Of a DNA stretch of 64,000 nt, positions 25,696-38,740 are shown piece by piece. Source of the stretch: Lama glama. Taxonomy: Eukaryota. Positions within the stretch are counted from its first letter, which is position 1; each line of letters opens with the position of its first letter. Location: the NCBI GenBank assembly GCA_028534125.1, contig CM052817.1, forward strand, positions 37,636,001 to 37,700,000, written 5' to 3'. Position numbers and translations under genes: made by a program. The notes beneath the pieces were generated by a model. The model worked only from the letters and a program-made list of their open reading frames with translations. It ran no database searches and was not told where the DNA came from.

Positions 25696-28358
25696 TGTTG
25701 TTCAGTCTAAAAAGCTAACTCTTAAAATACAGAGATATAAAAACCTTTATAATGTCCCTTATTAGCATAGAAAAAGAGGATTTAAATAAATTTTTAAAAG
25801 ATTAAATAATAGTTTTAAGGGAATCATAAATATGAATTTTGTAGTTTATAGCATATATCATGTTTCTCTTTAGACAATAAGAAACTCTTGATTAAGTCTT
25901 TTTCACATGATGAGGTCAAATATATTTAAAAGGATTGTAAGTGAACCAGGAGTAATTTATAAACTAGAGTAACATTATTTCCTCTAGTTTTTTTTTTTTT
26001 TCTTAGAACTATTTGGTAATACAAAAAACAGAAGAGGAAAATGCATCAGCCACCATTACGGACACTTTATTAATCAGGGCAATGGTGGTTAATCTTTTAG
26101 ATGATATGGCCAGCCAAGATATTATTTTTATAGGCCTACAGTGAATTTGGCTGTTACTTAACAATCAACTAAGTGACTTTAGACAATCAAATATTTGTAG
26201 ATAGCCAAGAAGTTTTGTATATGTTGTTTCAGGATTCAAAAAATATATCAAGTCCTGAGTTGGTAAAGTACTAAATATATTTTTGAATTTTACTTTTTAA
26301 ACAATCACACTTGGTATAGCAGATAAAACATTAATCTGAATTAAAAATTTAATGAGGTTCATTTCAAAACTTTTTAAGGATTGATATCTGTCAGGTACAA
26401 TGCTAACTTCTAAGAGGATAGAAAATTCTTTTGTAGCCAAAGCAATTTGCAGAAGAGATTCCCAATTAACTTAAAATTGTGAATCCTAGTGATAACTAAT
26501 AATAAGTAAGTATAAAGGCTAACAGTAAAGTCACACTAGTAGCAAATAAAAAACCCAACTACTGAAGCACAATATTAAACAATAGGATGAGACTTTAACA
26601 CTTTTTCTGAATTTATAGTGCAGATGGCTCCTTTTAAAGACAATCCCCAATTCCAGATTAAGTGTATCAAGCAGTAACTAATCCACACATCATTTTCAAC
26701 TGAACAAACATCACACACATTTTAAAGTCAAGATCCCTGGTCAGCTTGTTCTAACAAGTGGCAGAAAGCAGCAAATAATAAATATCTTCGATTTGATCAA
26801 TAGTTGGATTACTGAGCAAATTCAGAAAGTGCTGAGTAAAATCACTTTCCATTTCAACCAATCTTCCCAGCCTCGTTGAGGTTTCCTTATTACTCTAGGC
26901 CCCATATCTTACTTGATTGCAACAATCCCTGTACCTTACTCTTCATTTTCTGCAGATGTGGGTTTAGGCCATCACTGTTCAAATTTTCAAATTTAAAGTC
27001 ATAAGGCCTATAAATCCTTTATCATCTCCCATTACTTTCCCAGTAGTGATGATTTCTAACCTTTACATCTCTCGTCAAACCTCCAATTCTCCACCGCTAA
27101 CAAATCATACTCAAAAGCTTGCCTCTTCTGACAGCAAACTGTCTGCAGATAATGGCATTAAGCGCAAATTCCCTTACAGAACCTTATTTTCATTTCTATT
27201 CATCAACAGGCCCACATCTATCTTTGTAACATTCCCTTCCATTTTACAGAAAAAAGCTGCTCTTCTTATGACCAAAGCTAACGACTCTACCTAGAGCTCA
27301 TTCTTTCCCATCCAGACAGAGCCTCATGAAAGGAGATTACTCCTTTGCACACTTTCTGGAATTTTAAATCTCTTAATCTCATAGAATCTGTTCTTTCACC
27401 ATATCCAATCTAATAAATTTTTCTCACCCATGAAATCTCCTAGATCATCCAAATCTCACCTATTTTGCCAACAAATACCATCCTGTTTGCCAACTTCCTT
27501 TCTATTCCTGTCCTTTTCAGTATAGTAAGATGGCTGTTTTAAGGTATTAACACTCTACTGATCACACTGTTCTTTTTCTTCCACTCTTCTTTCATCGTCT
27601 TTCTTTGCTTCCTATGGCATCTGCTGCTGTTGGTCAAGTACTCCTCAACAGACTCTCCTAATGTGCTGTCTTTCACATTATACTTTCTTAGTTCTTTTAC
27701 TCTTTAGACACTTCCTTTTCTGTTCCCCTACTCTTCTCATTTTCACATGCCATCTTCAGCACTTCTTTTTAACACTTCCTCCCTCCTGAATTGACTCACT
27801 TGTATCTTTTATTCTGCTCTATGACACACCATGCTCATTCCCAAGCATCTAATAATGCCCTCAAGACAGCTCAAGCTCTGCCCAAGTGAATCCTTTGATC
27901 AACCTACACTTTTTTTCCTTAAAACTTTTACTGTGCTTATTCATTGTTTTGTAAAACACATATGGTTTCCTATCTTTCCTATCTGTGTTTTTCTTTAACC
28001 TAGACTTTAAGTTTTTTGGTAGGAACCATTTTCATTTTATTTTGCACTGTTTTTCAATATATAGAAAACAATCCTGAACATAGAGTAGTCAGTCAAATAC
28101 TTTACAGCTGTATAATTAATTTAGATAAGAAACATAAGACATTACAATAAAAATTAATTTATATTCCTTGTAAAACATTCATACTGGTGCTATTTTAACT
28201 GAAGTCAAAATCCTGTGGGTATTTTTTTCTACCAATTTCCATATTTTCACACATTCAACGGAACATGGAAGATCTGTCCACCTTATTTCCTTTAAGATGT
28301 CAACCATTTTAGTTTTAAAGTGACCTATATGTAGCTACTACGTCTAAAAAGACTTTAC

Positions 28359-28397
28359 CTGTAAAACATCTGCACAATGTATATTAGAGGCTAAAAT
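28359..28397 (-). other. Candidate 39-nt exon of the minus-strand gene
   Basis: Minus strand: branch-like aatgac, tract ttatctccttattcactcAG, exon ATTTTAGCCTCTAATATACATTGTGCAGATGTTTTACAG, donor CAG|GTAAAG. Confidence 0.5.
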
Positions 28398-29229
28398 CTG
28401 AGTGAATAAGGAGATAAGTCATTCTTTTTTCTCGGTATAATTAATCAGGTTTCTTAGGTTGCTGTTTTGCCCAATATATATAGATGAAAATGGAAGTGAA
28501 AGGTAAAGAATTCTTGTAAACTGAATCCATGGGCTGTGCCCAATCATTTCATATTTGTAATGAGTCAGAAATAAAGCTCATGGAACCTTATGAGGTAGAT
28601 ATTATTACTTCCATTTTACAGATCAGACACAGACAAATAAAATTACCTATCCAAAATGACTCAAATTACCTATCCAAAATAACTCTAGTTACTAAAAGAG
28701 CTAAAATGCAAACCAAGGTCAACCTAAATTCAAAATCTGTACCCTTTCTTCTATACTATGCTTCTAAATTTATGTTTGAGTGTGAATAACAAATCATGGC
28801 ACTACCTAGATTTAGTTTTCAAAAAAGCTAAACATCTAAGAAGATATAAATATATTAATTTTGTCGCATTAAAGGTTAACAACAACTCAATTTAATATTT
28901 AATAGTAGGTTAAATACTGATTTTTAAAAATTACATGCATGATACATATTTATTGTAAAGAATTAGGTTATCAAACAATGCAAAGTACTAAACAGTCCTA
29001 ATGGCTGTGAGCCTCCACAGAGTATAAATCCAGTTTCTTAATTATTTTCTAGGGTCAAGACACTTTAATTAGCATAATTTGTGTGTTAGATATCAAGTGG
29101 TAAGTTGATAAAAACCAAGCCCACCACCCAAACCTAGCATAGGGTCTATAATTTATCCCTATGTACAACAACTAAATTTTATTAACTGGAAACAAACAGA
29201 GATCAGATGTTAGGATACCTGGAGAAAAC

Positions 29230-29700
29230 AGTAATTGGATCCCCAATATCTACCTTCTTCAGTTACTTTTGGGACAGCCAAGTGCCCAGCAAAAAACAAT
29301 TTCCAGCATCCCTTAATGTTGGATGGCCAACATAAGCAGTCACTGGGTAAGGCTTTGAAGAAAATTCTTTAAAAGGATCTGACTCAGCTGGAAGGCACAC
29401 CTTTTTGTGCCACTTCCTCCATTTCTTTCATATTCTGTCTGCCTAGAAGGACAACACTTTGAACAGAATGCTAGCAGCCATTTTGTAACCATGTGGCCAT
29501 CTTGAGGATGAAAACCATGCATTAAAGAGGTGGAGAAGAAAAAAAAGATGTCCAGGTTCATTGCCATGTCTTGAAACAGCCATGCCATCTCTGGAGTATT
29601 ACATCTGGACTTTATATTAGAGAAAAATAAATCTCTGTCTTCTCTAGGCCTTTGTTATGCTAGGTCTCTTGTACTAGCAACCCAATGCGATTTTTAATTG
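29230..29700. mobile_element. Ancient ERVL-class LTR (LTR33/LTR16-like)
   Basis: atttccagcatcccttaatg, agcagccattttgtaaccatg, ccatcttgaggatgaaaaccatgc, ggactttatattagagaaaaataaatctct motifs; family name tentative. Confidence 0.55.
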
Positions 29701-29845
29701 GAAGAGGTAAAACAAATAATTCATTGTAGGGACTAGAATAGGGCTGAGTACAAAGAATAGTTCCCAAATCAGTGCCCCTATTATGAGAGATGCTAAGAGA
29801 TATCCTATAAATTCTGTGGTCAAATAAATAAATGAAAATGATACA

Positions 29846-30823
29846 CAGCTGGCGCTCTGTAACCACAGGTTCCACAATCACAGATTCAATCAACCTGGAA
29901 TGGAAAATATATGGGGGGAAAAAATTCCAGAAAGTTCCAAAAAGCAATACTTGAATTTGCTCCTGGGCATAGATCCAGAGGGAACCCTAATTCAAAAAGA
30001 CACCTCCACCCCAATGTTCATGGCAGCACTATTTACAGTTGCCAAGACATGGAAACAACCTAAATTTCCATCGACAGATGACTGGATAAAGAAGTTGTGG
30101 TATACTTACACAATGGAATACTACTTAGCCATAAAAAATGATAAAATAATGCCATTTGCAGCAACATGGATAGCACTGGAGAATGTCATTCTAAGTGAAG
30201 TAAGCCAGAAAGAGAAAGAAAAATACCATATGATATCCCTCATATGTGGAATCTGAAAAAAAAAATGGATGAACTTACGTATAAAACAGAAACAGATACA
30301 CAGACATAGAATACAGACTTGTGGTGGCCAACAGGGAGAGGGTTGGGAAGGGATAAGCTGGGAGTTCGAGATTTCAGATACTGACTGGTATATATAAAAT
30401 AAACAAGTTTATACTGCATAGCACAGGGAAATATACTCAATATCTTGTAGTAGCTTATGGTGAAAAGAATATGAAAATGAATATATGTATATTCATGTGT
30501 GACTGAAGAATTGTGCTGTACACACAGAAATTGACACAACATTGTAAACTGAATATACCTCAATAAAAAAAAAAAGGAAAGGTTAAAAAAAAAAAAAAAA
30601 ACCCCTGAATTTGCTGCATACCGGCAACTATTTACATAGTATTTACATTGTGTTAGATACTATAAGTAATCTAGAGATGATTTAAAGTATATGGGAAGAT
30701 TTGCCTGGGTAATATATGCAAATGCTACATACTCCATTTTATATAAGGGACTTGAACATCCTCAGATTTTATATTCATGGGAGTCCTAGAATCAATCCCC
30801 TGGAGAATACCAAGGGACAACTG
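29846..30823. mobile_element. MER2-like Tigger MITE split by an L1 insertion
   Basis: Left part cagctggcgctctg...cagattcaatcaacc; right part tatttacatagtatttacattgtgttag...ataagtaatctagagatgatttaaagtata...ccaagggacaactg followed by TA. Confidence 0.8.
29962..30601 (+). mobile_element. Relatively young 5'-truncated LINE-1 (ORF2 C-terminus, 3' UTR, poly(A))
   Basis: Uninterrupted frame LLGIDP...TPMFMAALFTVAKTWKQPK...KEKEKYHMISLICGI* matches the L1 ORF2 C-terminus; poly(A); TGAATTTGCT at 29952-29961 and 30606-30615. Confidence 0.92.
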
Positions 30824-31639
30824 TATATGTTATCATCTTGGAGATTCATAGGTATATTAGTATATTCAAGGTTCTAAAAGTGCACACAGTATCAGTTAGG
30901 ACAAATGTCTACAAATACTTACTAAAGAAGTTTAGGTTATGTTACACAACATTTACTCTCAGGGGCACAGCAATGTAAGATTCACAAATATTAAGTAATA
31001 CCACTGTTTATGAGACTGTGAACATGTACATTTAAATATACTAGAATTTATGTATCTGAGAGTGTTACTTTCAAAATAGACATTTTGGGTGGATACATAC
31101 CCTTGTCCTCAAACACAGTATTATCAGTGACATTTCTGGGACTCTCCTTTCTAATCAGGTTTGTAGTCATATTTTAAAAATCACTCCTTTTACTTTATAA
31201 CCATTTTTCATTTTAGTTGAAAGCATTAAATTCTCCTTAATCCTTATTATATACTCCTTAATCACTCACCTTTCTATAACGTGAATATATTATTTAATTG
31301 AATCAAACCCACTATCAAAGAAGAGATGTACCACTAAAAAGGATCTTCAAAACAGCATGCTATATGCTCTAAAAATAACTCCAAAACAGGAGATACAGTG
31401 TTCTAAAAATGAATGGTCTGGAGAGGATGACATTTCTACAAGTTTCATGAAGTGTGCATGAAAATCAGGTACAGGTTACATATATCAATGAGTTCAAGTA
31501 ACAGGTGAAAGAAAAATAAATATGGAGCCCAAGGAACAAAGTAGGGCCATAAACTTTGAAACAAAAGAACATATTTAAGTTTATATATTACTTTTACCCA
31601 GTGTTAAAAAAAAAACTTGTTATAAATAAAAATATACCA

Positions 31640-31895
31640 AAAACAATAATAGCTAATACTTATTATATACTTAGTATGCATTAAGTATCGCTCTAAGTGC
31701 TTTACATGTATTAATTTATTTAGTCCTTATAACAATTCCATAAAAGAGGCCTGGTTATTATCCTTATTTTGAAGATGAGAAAAATTAAGCACAGTAAAAA
31801 TTTGCACAAGATCATAGAGCCTGTATATCAGAATCAGAAATTAAAACCTAGGCAGACTGGCTTGAGTCTATGCCCTAAATCCCATGCTATACTGT
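31640..31895 (-). mobile_element. MIR
   Basis: aataatagctaatacttatt...ctaagtgctttacatgtattaatttatttagtcctt...ttgaagatgagaaaaattaagcacag. Confidence 0.7.
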
Positions 31896-34800
31896 CTCTC
31901 TAAATCAGACAGGAGTAGTCAACACCATGCACAGCTGCATCTAAAAACAATTCATATATATTCAGTTCAGTACCCACCTATTTGTAAAGTTTTCACATAT
32001 TATTTAATTTTTATCTTCACATCTGTTCTGTGTCGATATATCCTGTCAACAGATTGCTTTACCTGGCATGAACTCAGATGACTGAAGATATGTGGCCATA
32101 GGCTATTCCATTTACCTGCTGTTTTGGAAATGTGTCCTCTCTACGTATCACCAGTGCCTAGTAGAGCACCTGGCACTGTATAGGAATTTGATGTACACTT
32201 ACTAAGTAAAGAACAATTAAAAAGGGAGCTGGCCATGAGAATGTGGTTAGATGAGACAGGGTTCACCATTACTGCTACTAGAAAATCACTCAACTGGTTT
32301 GGTTCACCAACAGTGACTCTTTAATATCCCTTTAGGTGGAAGAACAGTATTATCTATTTTTTAATTAAATCTCAGTATCTCAATACAATCTTAAAACATC
32401 TTTGAAGTTAGATGAGGTCTTGATGTACTAACATAAACACTGAGAAAGAATCAAATGAAATCTTATTTAAAAAACATAGTTCGGTTTGGTCTTCAGTTAC
32501 ACAACAAATGTGATATATTGTGTGACCATATTAAAGTATTTTATTTAAAAATTGAAGGAAATTCCTACTAAATTTTAATAATGTAAAATAATATGGTCTA
32601 GATTTTTTCAATGTAACTTTAAGAATTATAGAACTAGGAAGGATATGTTGACTTGAATTATAACTAAAATAGCAGTATTGCCAGGTAGTATATAATAACA
32701 CATATCCTATTTGCTATTTATTTCTATACACCTCAAAGCAGTGCCAGAATTTCAAAGCTCTGACTGAGCACAACTGAATGGTATATAACCACAATACAGT
32801 TTCAGCTAGTTTAGATTTGATAATTGGATATTCCTCAACTAAATTATATTTATTACATATATTTTTAAGGTATCAGCTTTTTTAAATCTAAGAGGTTCTT
32901 GTTTATCATTTTTAACTGAAGTATAGTTGATCAGTTTTTTAAAAAAAACACTTATTTCAGCATTCATGAAGTGCAATTATAAGGATACGTTAGCTTTTGT
33001 AAATTTTCAGAGTACTCAGAAAACTGAGGTATGCTACATTTGAATCATTGCCTGAAGGTCCTTCCTTTATGTATAGAAACTAGTGTCAGAATAAAATCAA
33101 AATAGGTTGTGTAGAGAATGAATTTAACCAATTATGTTTAAATAATCCCATGAAATTACATCTCAGCACAAGTCAAGAATATGAAAGACACTGAGGGGGG
33201 AATGAATTTATCACTCAAAATCTTACAATAAGGGAAACTCTTGTGTCAAAATACTGATTATTTCTTTTTAGTTCAAAAACTAGATTACACTATATTTTCT
33301 GGAAGATATATTTGACTACGATTTACAATAAATAATCCCTTAATAGTTTAAGTGTTCATTTGAAAAAGTATACTTTTCTAGAAAAAGCGCTTAATATATC
33401 ATCAGTGCTAAAAGTAACTAAGTTTCTTAAAACCGTTCCTTCCTTTTAAAAAATTCCCAGGCTATATCCTTCTTCCAAACAAACAAACAAAAAACAAACA
33501 AAAACCCCCTAAACCCCACCAGCTTTGAATATTTTTAACATATTCTCAGGTTATAGAATCATTCTATCCTTAATTTATTCAACAAGAATAGCTCATTTTT
33601 GTTCCACAACTGCACAAGAACAAAAAGGAAAAGCATTAAAATATGAAAATGATATTGTAAACAAAATATTCCATCAGACATCCTTTCGATAAAATAACTC
33701 AACATTCTGGATCAAATTGGTCTGAACTGAGTAGGTGAAAAAGCATGTGTTTACATAAAAAGAAATACAGCATCTACCAATAAGGAAAGAAAAAAAAAAA
33801 ACAAAGAAGGAATACCTTTAATTAAAAATACTTTGTTTCCATTTCTATCCATTTTAATGTGTTTCTACTCAGAACATATTAACCCAATAAAGAAAACTTT
33901 TGACCTTTTTTAGGTCTGTTAAGGAGGGGGTGCAGCTGAGATAAACTACAGGGCAGTTTCTTCTAAGCTGTGCATCAGTGGTTAACAAGTGACAAACACT
34001 ATTAAAATTCATGACATAATCTTAGCTTCTAATCATCTCAAACTGTTTAGGATCCTCATTTTTGCTGAAGGGGATGCTTTCTTGTGGGAAGAAATAAAGT
34101 TTCTCATGTATCTGTATGTTCATGTTAAAACTAATAAGACGGTTTTCTGTTGGAGTTAAATTATATCATACGACAGCTAAGAGTCTATTTGTAAGAGAAA
34201 AAAAAAAAAAAAAAAGAACCTTCTCCAGATAGAAAAACTCTGAGTCAAATCCTAACACATAAGTTGAAGTGATGAGCTTCTCTATTTCCTGAAACCACCA
34301 TAGTACAAGAGCAACGAAGCCGCTGGTTAGATTCCGAGTGTACTGATATAAATAATAAACAGAAGGACAACTCAAGTTTCTCCTCTCAGTTAACTCTGAA
34401 AAGGAAAACCTCACAATTTGATACAAGCAATTGAGGAAAGAGGTAATATAAGCATCAAAAAAGTGATATTTCTCCTCTTAAAAAAACTATCAAAAATACA
34501 TAATTTTAAATTATAAGTCTGAAGGAAATTACTATATATATACACATATCATATTTACATCATGTCAGATGATGAGAAATTGGAATACAAATTTTAAAAC
34601 CTCTAGGTTTTTCTGATGATAGAAATGTTCTGTATCTCAGCTCTTCGATACAGTAGCTAATGGCCACAAGTGACTACTGAGCACTTAAAATGTGCCTAGT
34701 GGGAATAAGGAACTGAATTTTAAATTGCATCTAATTAAAATTCATTTAAATTTAACCGCATGTGCAGCTCTAAGGAACTGGAGGGAAATATCTATACCTT

Positions 34801-34974
34801 AAATTCTGATTCAAATAATAAAAATCCTGTAGATGGGCATATACATAGATGCTTCTGAGATGTATTTTATTTTTTTAAATTCTTGTGATTTATGTAAAGG
34901 AAAGGACTTTACAACATAAAAATGATGCTGGGTTTGTGGGAATCAAGTTTTTTACATTCACCTTCTAGAGAGGA

Positions 34975-35152
34975 CTAGATTATTAGTTCACAAGTTGGCT
35001 CCATGTTGTAATTTATTAGGGAACTTCTAAAAATATGGTTGTCTGGGTCTCACCACCAAAGTTCTGGTTTAATTGGTCTAAACTGAGTTCTGAGCATAAA
35101 GATTTTTAAAAGCTCCCCAGGTGATTCTAACATGCAGCCAATGTATCACTAA
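34975..35152. mobile_element. MER5-like hAT-Charlie MITE
   Basis: gatttttaaaagctccccaggtgattctaacatgcagcca signature. Confidence 0.6.
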
Positions 35153-36861
35153 ACTAGAAAGAAAAACTCTTTTATTAAGCATAGATGCAGTATGCAACCA
35201 AGGACATTTCTTTGCTGGTCACCAAAGAGGGCCTTTCAACAACCCAGATTCAAGTCAAAACCCCTAAGGGCTAATATGAGTTACAGGTTCTGAACATTCA
35301 GGAATGATTCGAGTGTACAATGATAAATTTTTGCTATTACTGACTGTTGTTCAGTTATGTAAAAGAGATTAGAAAGGAAGGAAATAAACTATGAGTGTCA
35401 ATTTTTACTTGCCGCCTTTGTGTATATTATTTCATTTCATCCTCAAAATATCTTGGGAGGTAGATACTATTAAATTATTTACAGATGTGGAAAGTAAACT
35501 TAAAGACGTTCTCTAGGATTTGGACACACGTTTCTGAGACAGTAAAGTAAACATTCTTTATACTACAGTAGAATTCTCTCTGAGAAAGTTTGTTTCAGTA
35601 AATTCTCACACTGGAATCAAAGAAAAAAAAGAAAAAAAGAAAAACCAAGGTTCAATGGTGGAGCACAGGATAAGTCAAAAAACGCTTAAACAGGTGCTTA
35701 AACCAGTTCCTGTTCCTGCATTTCCTCAGCACCTGATAGCAAACTCCGGGAAAAATATGTTCATCTGTGGTTCAGATCTACAGTGGTCTCAACATCAGAC
35801 CATTCAGGAGTTGCTGCCTTTTTATTCCAAGAAGTTAAACAATTGGTCTCCTACTGCCTCACAGCTATTAGCTATACTTGTACATTCTTTGGACAGGATA
35901 GAACAGGATGCTTATTCATAGCGCCTTTGACACTAAAACAGAAATAAGGCAGGAGTCTTAAAGATGTTTTCATTTTGCCCCCTAGACTCACAGGATTGCT
36001 AGAATTGTTCCTCCTGGAGCAGTTTACAGATCACAGTTTTGATGTGACATATTTACAGCACGTATGTAACTTTAACTTAGACCACTGAATGTCATATTAA
36101 CTTACTTGCTAAAAACTTTTAAAACCCAGTTCCTGAGTTGTTCAACTCATCTTAATTTTCAAATTAAGAGAAGCTCTCAGAGAAAAAAATGGGAAGAGCA
36201 GAGCAACAGACCCTTACCCTTCCCATCAGCATTAATCCTTCTGAGAGCCAATATCCTCTCTCCTTGTTCAGGCCCTTACCTTGTAAAGGGACATTAACTC
36301 AAATGAGACACACTTGGTTACATCAGCGACTTGACAGGAGAAAACCTTCCATTCACCATTCTAATTAATGGTACAGACTTCTTCAAAGCATTTTCCAAAA
36401 TAAGAATATGTTGACAGGAGAAACTTCTACCTCCTACATGCACTGGCAGGAGTATGGTCGTGTTTCCTTCCCATTTCAATGGCTTTTAATTACAATTTAA
36501 TTAGACCACAAACAATGTTTCATAGTTTATTTAAAAATTACAAACTCTGTCAAAGAAGCAGCAGCAGTGGCAGCAGCGTACCCCAGTAGTCCCTGTCTCT
36601 AAGTATATTTGGTCTGGGCAATAAGATGAGCTGGAAAAATAATACATCCTCGATTGATATAAGCCACACTGATGCTTTTCCAATCCTTAACCTATTAAAA
36701 GTAGAATAAGGCAAGGATTTAATCTGTTTTTCTTAATAAAAAAATACATAATTCCATACCTACCATCTACCAAAAGCAACTGATTAGCCAATTTTTACAT
36801 CCACTTCCTCCATTTGAGGCATGCCTCCAGAAAAACGCAATGTAAGTTTTATAACTTCTGA

Positions 36862-37070
36862 GTAGTTGCAGATACTAACCACTATATATAAAATAGATAA
36901 ACAACAAGTTTATATGTACAGCACAAGGAACTATATTCAATATCTTGCAGTAACTTTTGGTTAAAAGATTATGTATGTTCCTATATGACTGAAGTATTGT
37001 GCTGTACACCAGAAATTGACACACTGTAAACTGACCATATTTCAATTAAAAAATAAATTTAAAAAAACCA
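36862..37070 (+). mobile_element. Very short LINE-1 3' UTR fragment
   Basis: Similar to the 3' UTR of the L1 at ~30370-30570 (gcagatactaaccactatatataaaatagataaacaacaag...gaaattgacacactgtaaactgac); degenerate 11-bp TSD ataacttctga / acaacttttga. Confidence 0.8.
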
Positions 37071-38139
37071 ACAACTTTTGACCATTATCATAGTACCAAA
37101 ATCTGTCCTTTAAATCAACACTGGTTCTAATGGTTTGTGTATGTCTTACTTGTGACATGAAAAGCTATAAATATTTTTAGATGCTGGTAGTCACCCTCTG
37201 AAAAATAAGTAGACTTTATATGCAAGGAAAAGTTTTGGTGGGACAAATGTAAATTCAAAGACATATTGGTTAAAAAAAAACAAAGAAAAAGCCATAATAT
37301 TCTAATTGTAGAAGTGAAAGACACTGCAAATTAGTTCCTCTTCTTAATAACCCCTAGATATTTTTTCTATTTTTAATTCCATCTTCCATTCTACCATCTC
37401 CCCCACACATACTCCCACAAAGTCTCTAGAACATCAAAGTTAGAACACAATGTTATTAAGAAAAAAGTATAATAAATTTAAGATTGGATGATAAAGCAAT
37501 TCGCCTCTGTATGACCTTCTGAATCAATATGTGCATGAATTTAATAAATAATGCTCCTAATTATATTAACACAAGAAATACTTTGTACCATAGCCACAAC
37601 CAATGCGAATGAAGCAAGTTTTCACTTTGATCCTGCCAACTCAGTCATCAAGAATTTGGGAAAATACCAACATTTGTTTCATAATACAGCGACTTCTTTT
37701 TTTTCCCCATCCTTTTGCAAACCCGGTAGACATAAATTTTAAAATCTTTCTAACTAGTTACTTGCTCCCTTCAACCCACTGATCAGGTGTCCTACATTTT
37801 GTTTAGGTCCCCGCCTTGAAAACAAACCCGATTGCCCCATTTTCTGAGAAGTAAACTCAGCTTTAAGCAGCTCCCTATGAAGTCACCGCGTTTGTTGTTT
37901 CAAAGATGCAATTAAGCGAAAATGACACAAGGCTGTCGAAGAGACTAGTTGAAGTGTATGGTGTCGATCATACATGTGTAAGGCCAATGAAACTTGTATT
38001 GCTGTAAATCTATTTTAGTGGTAATATTTCTCCCCATCCCCCCTTCTACAATACATTCACAACAGAGGGAATTTAAACTTCGTAAAAACTTCTTGACTTT
38101 ACCAAACTTTCGGTACTACAGTCGCACGTAAGGGCAAGG

Positions 38140-38165
38140 GTGTGTGTGTGTGTGTGTGTGTGTGT
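38140..38165. repeat. (GT)13 microsatellite
   Basis: Read directly. Confidence 0.95.
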
Positions 38166-38740
38166 CTTGGAAGGGTGGCAGTTAACTCGAGCACGCAGAG
38201 AAAAGCAATAAAGGAGTTTGCATCAGGCAGTGTCTCTCCCTCTGCCCCCTCTTTCCCACCACCCCACCCCCTCTTCCCCGAGCCCTTACATATACAAATT
38301 CTTCTGGGCGGCCTCTAACCACACCATGTCCACAGTCATTTACAGAAATTAGAAACAGACTCCGGGAGCCTTTCCTTTAGCACGCAAAGAGCAGAGCTGT
38401 AGCAGCATGATGGGGCAATGTCACTCCCTATTACCGCACAACCTTTTACTCCCCCTCTGGAGTTTTAATTCCCAAGAATCCAGCTTTCCTCCGCGGAGAA
38501 CTTGGATCTACCTAATTCACAACAAAAGTTCATCTCATTCCTCCCCACCCTAGTCATCCCACCCCTACTCTAATTCACCAAAACACTAAAACCAAAGACA
38601 AGTTCCTTCCACCAGGGCAACAGGAGTTGATTTTAGGAACTGGAGCAAAAGCAGAGATGGGGAAGGGAGCGAGTGCGGTGTACTTTGGTTTGCACTTTCT
38701 GCACAAGCACTCCAGAGCCCAGGACAGCTCTAGTCCTTAC

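Noticed and set aside
29900..30563. 118-aa and 107-aa ORFs as cellular genes
   Set aside because: They are the L1 ORF2 C-terminus and the antisense of the L1 3' UTR
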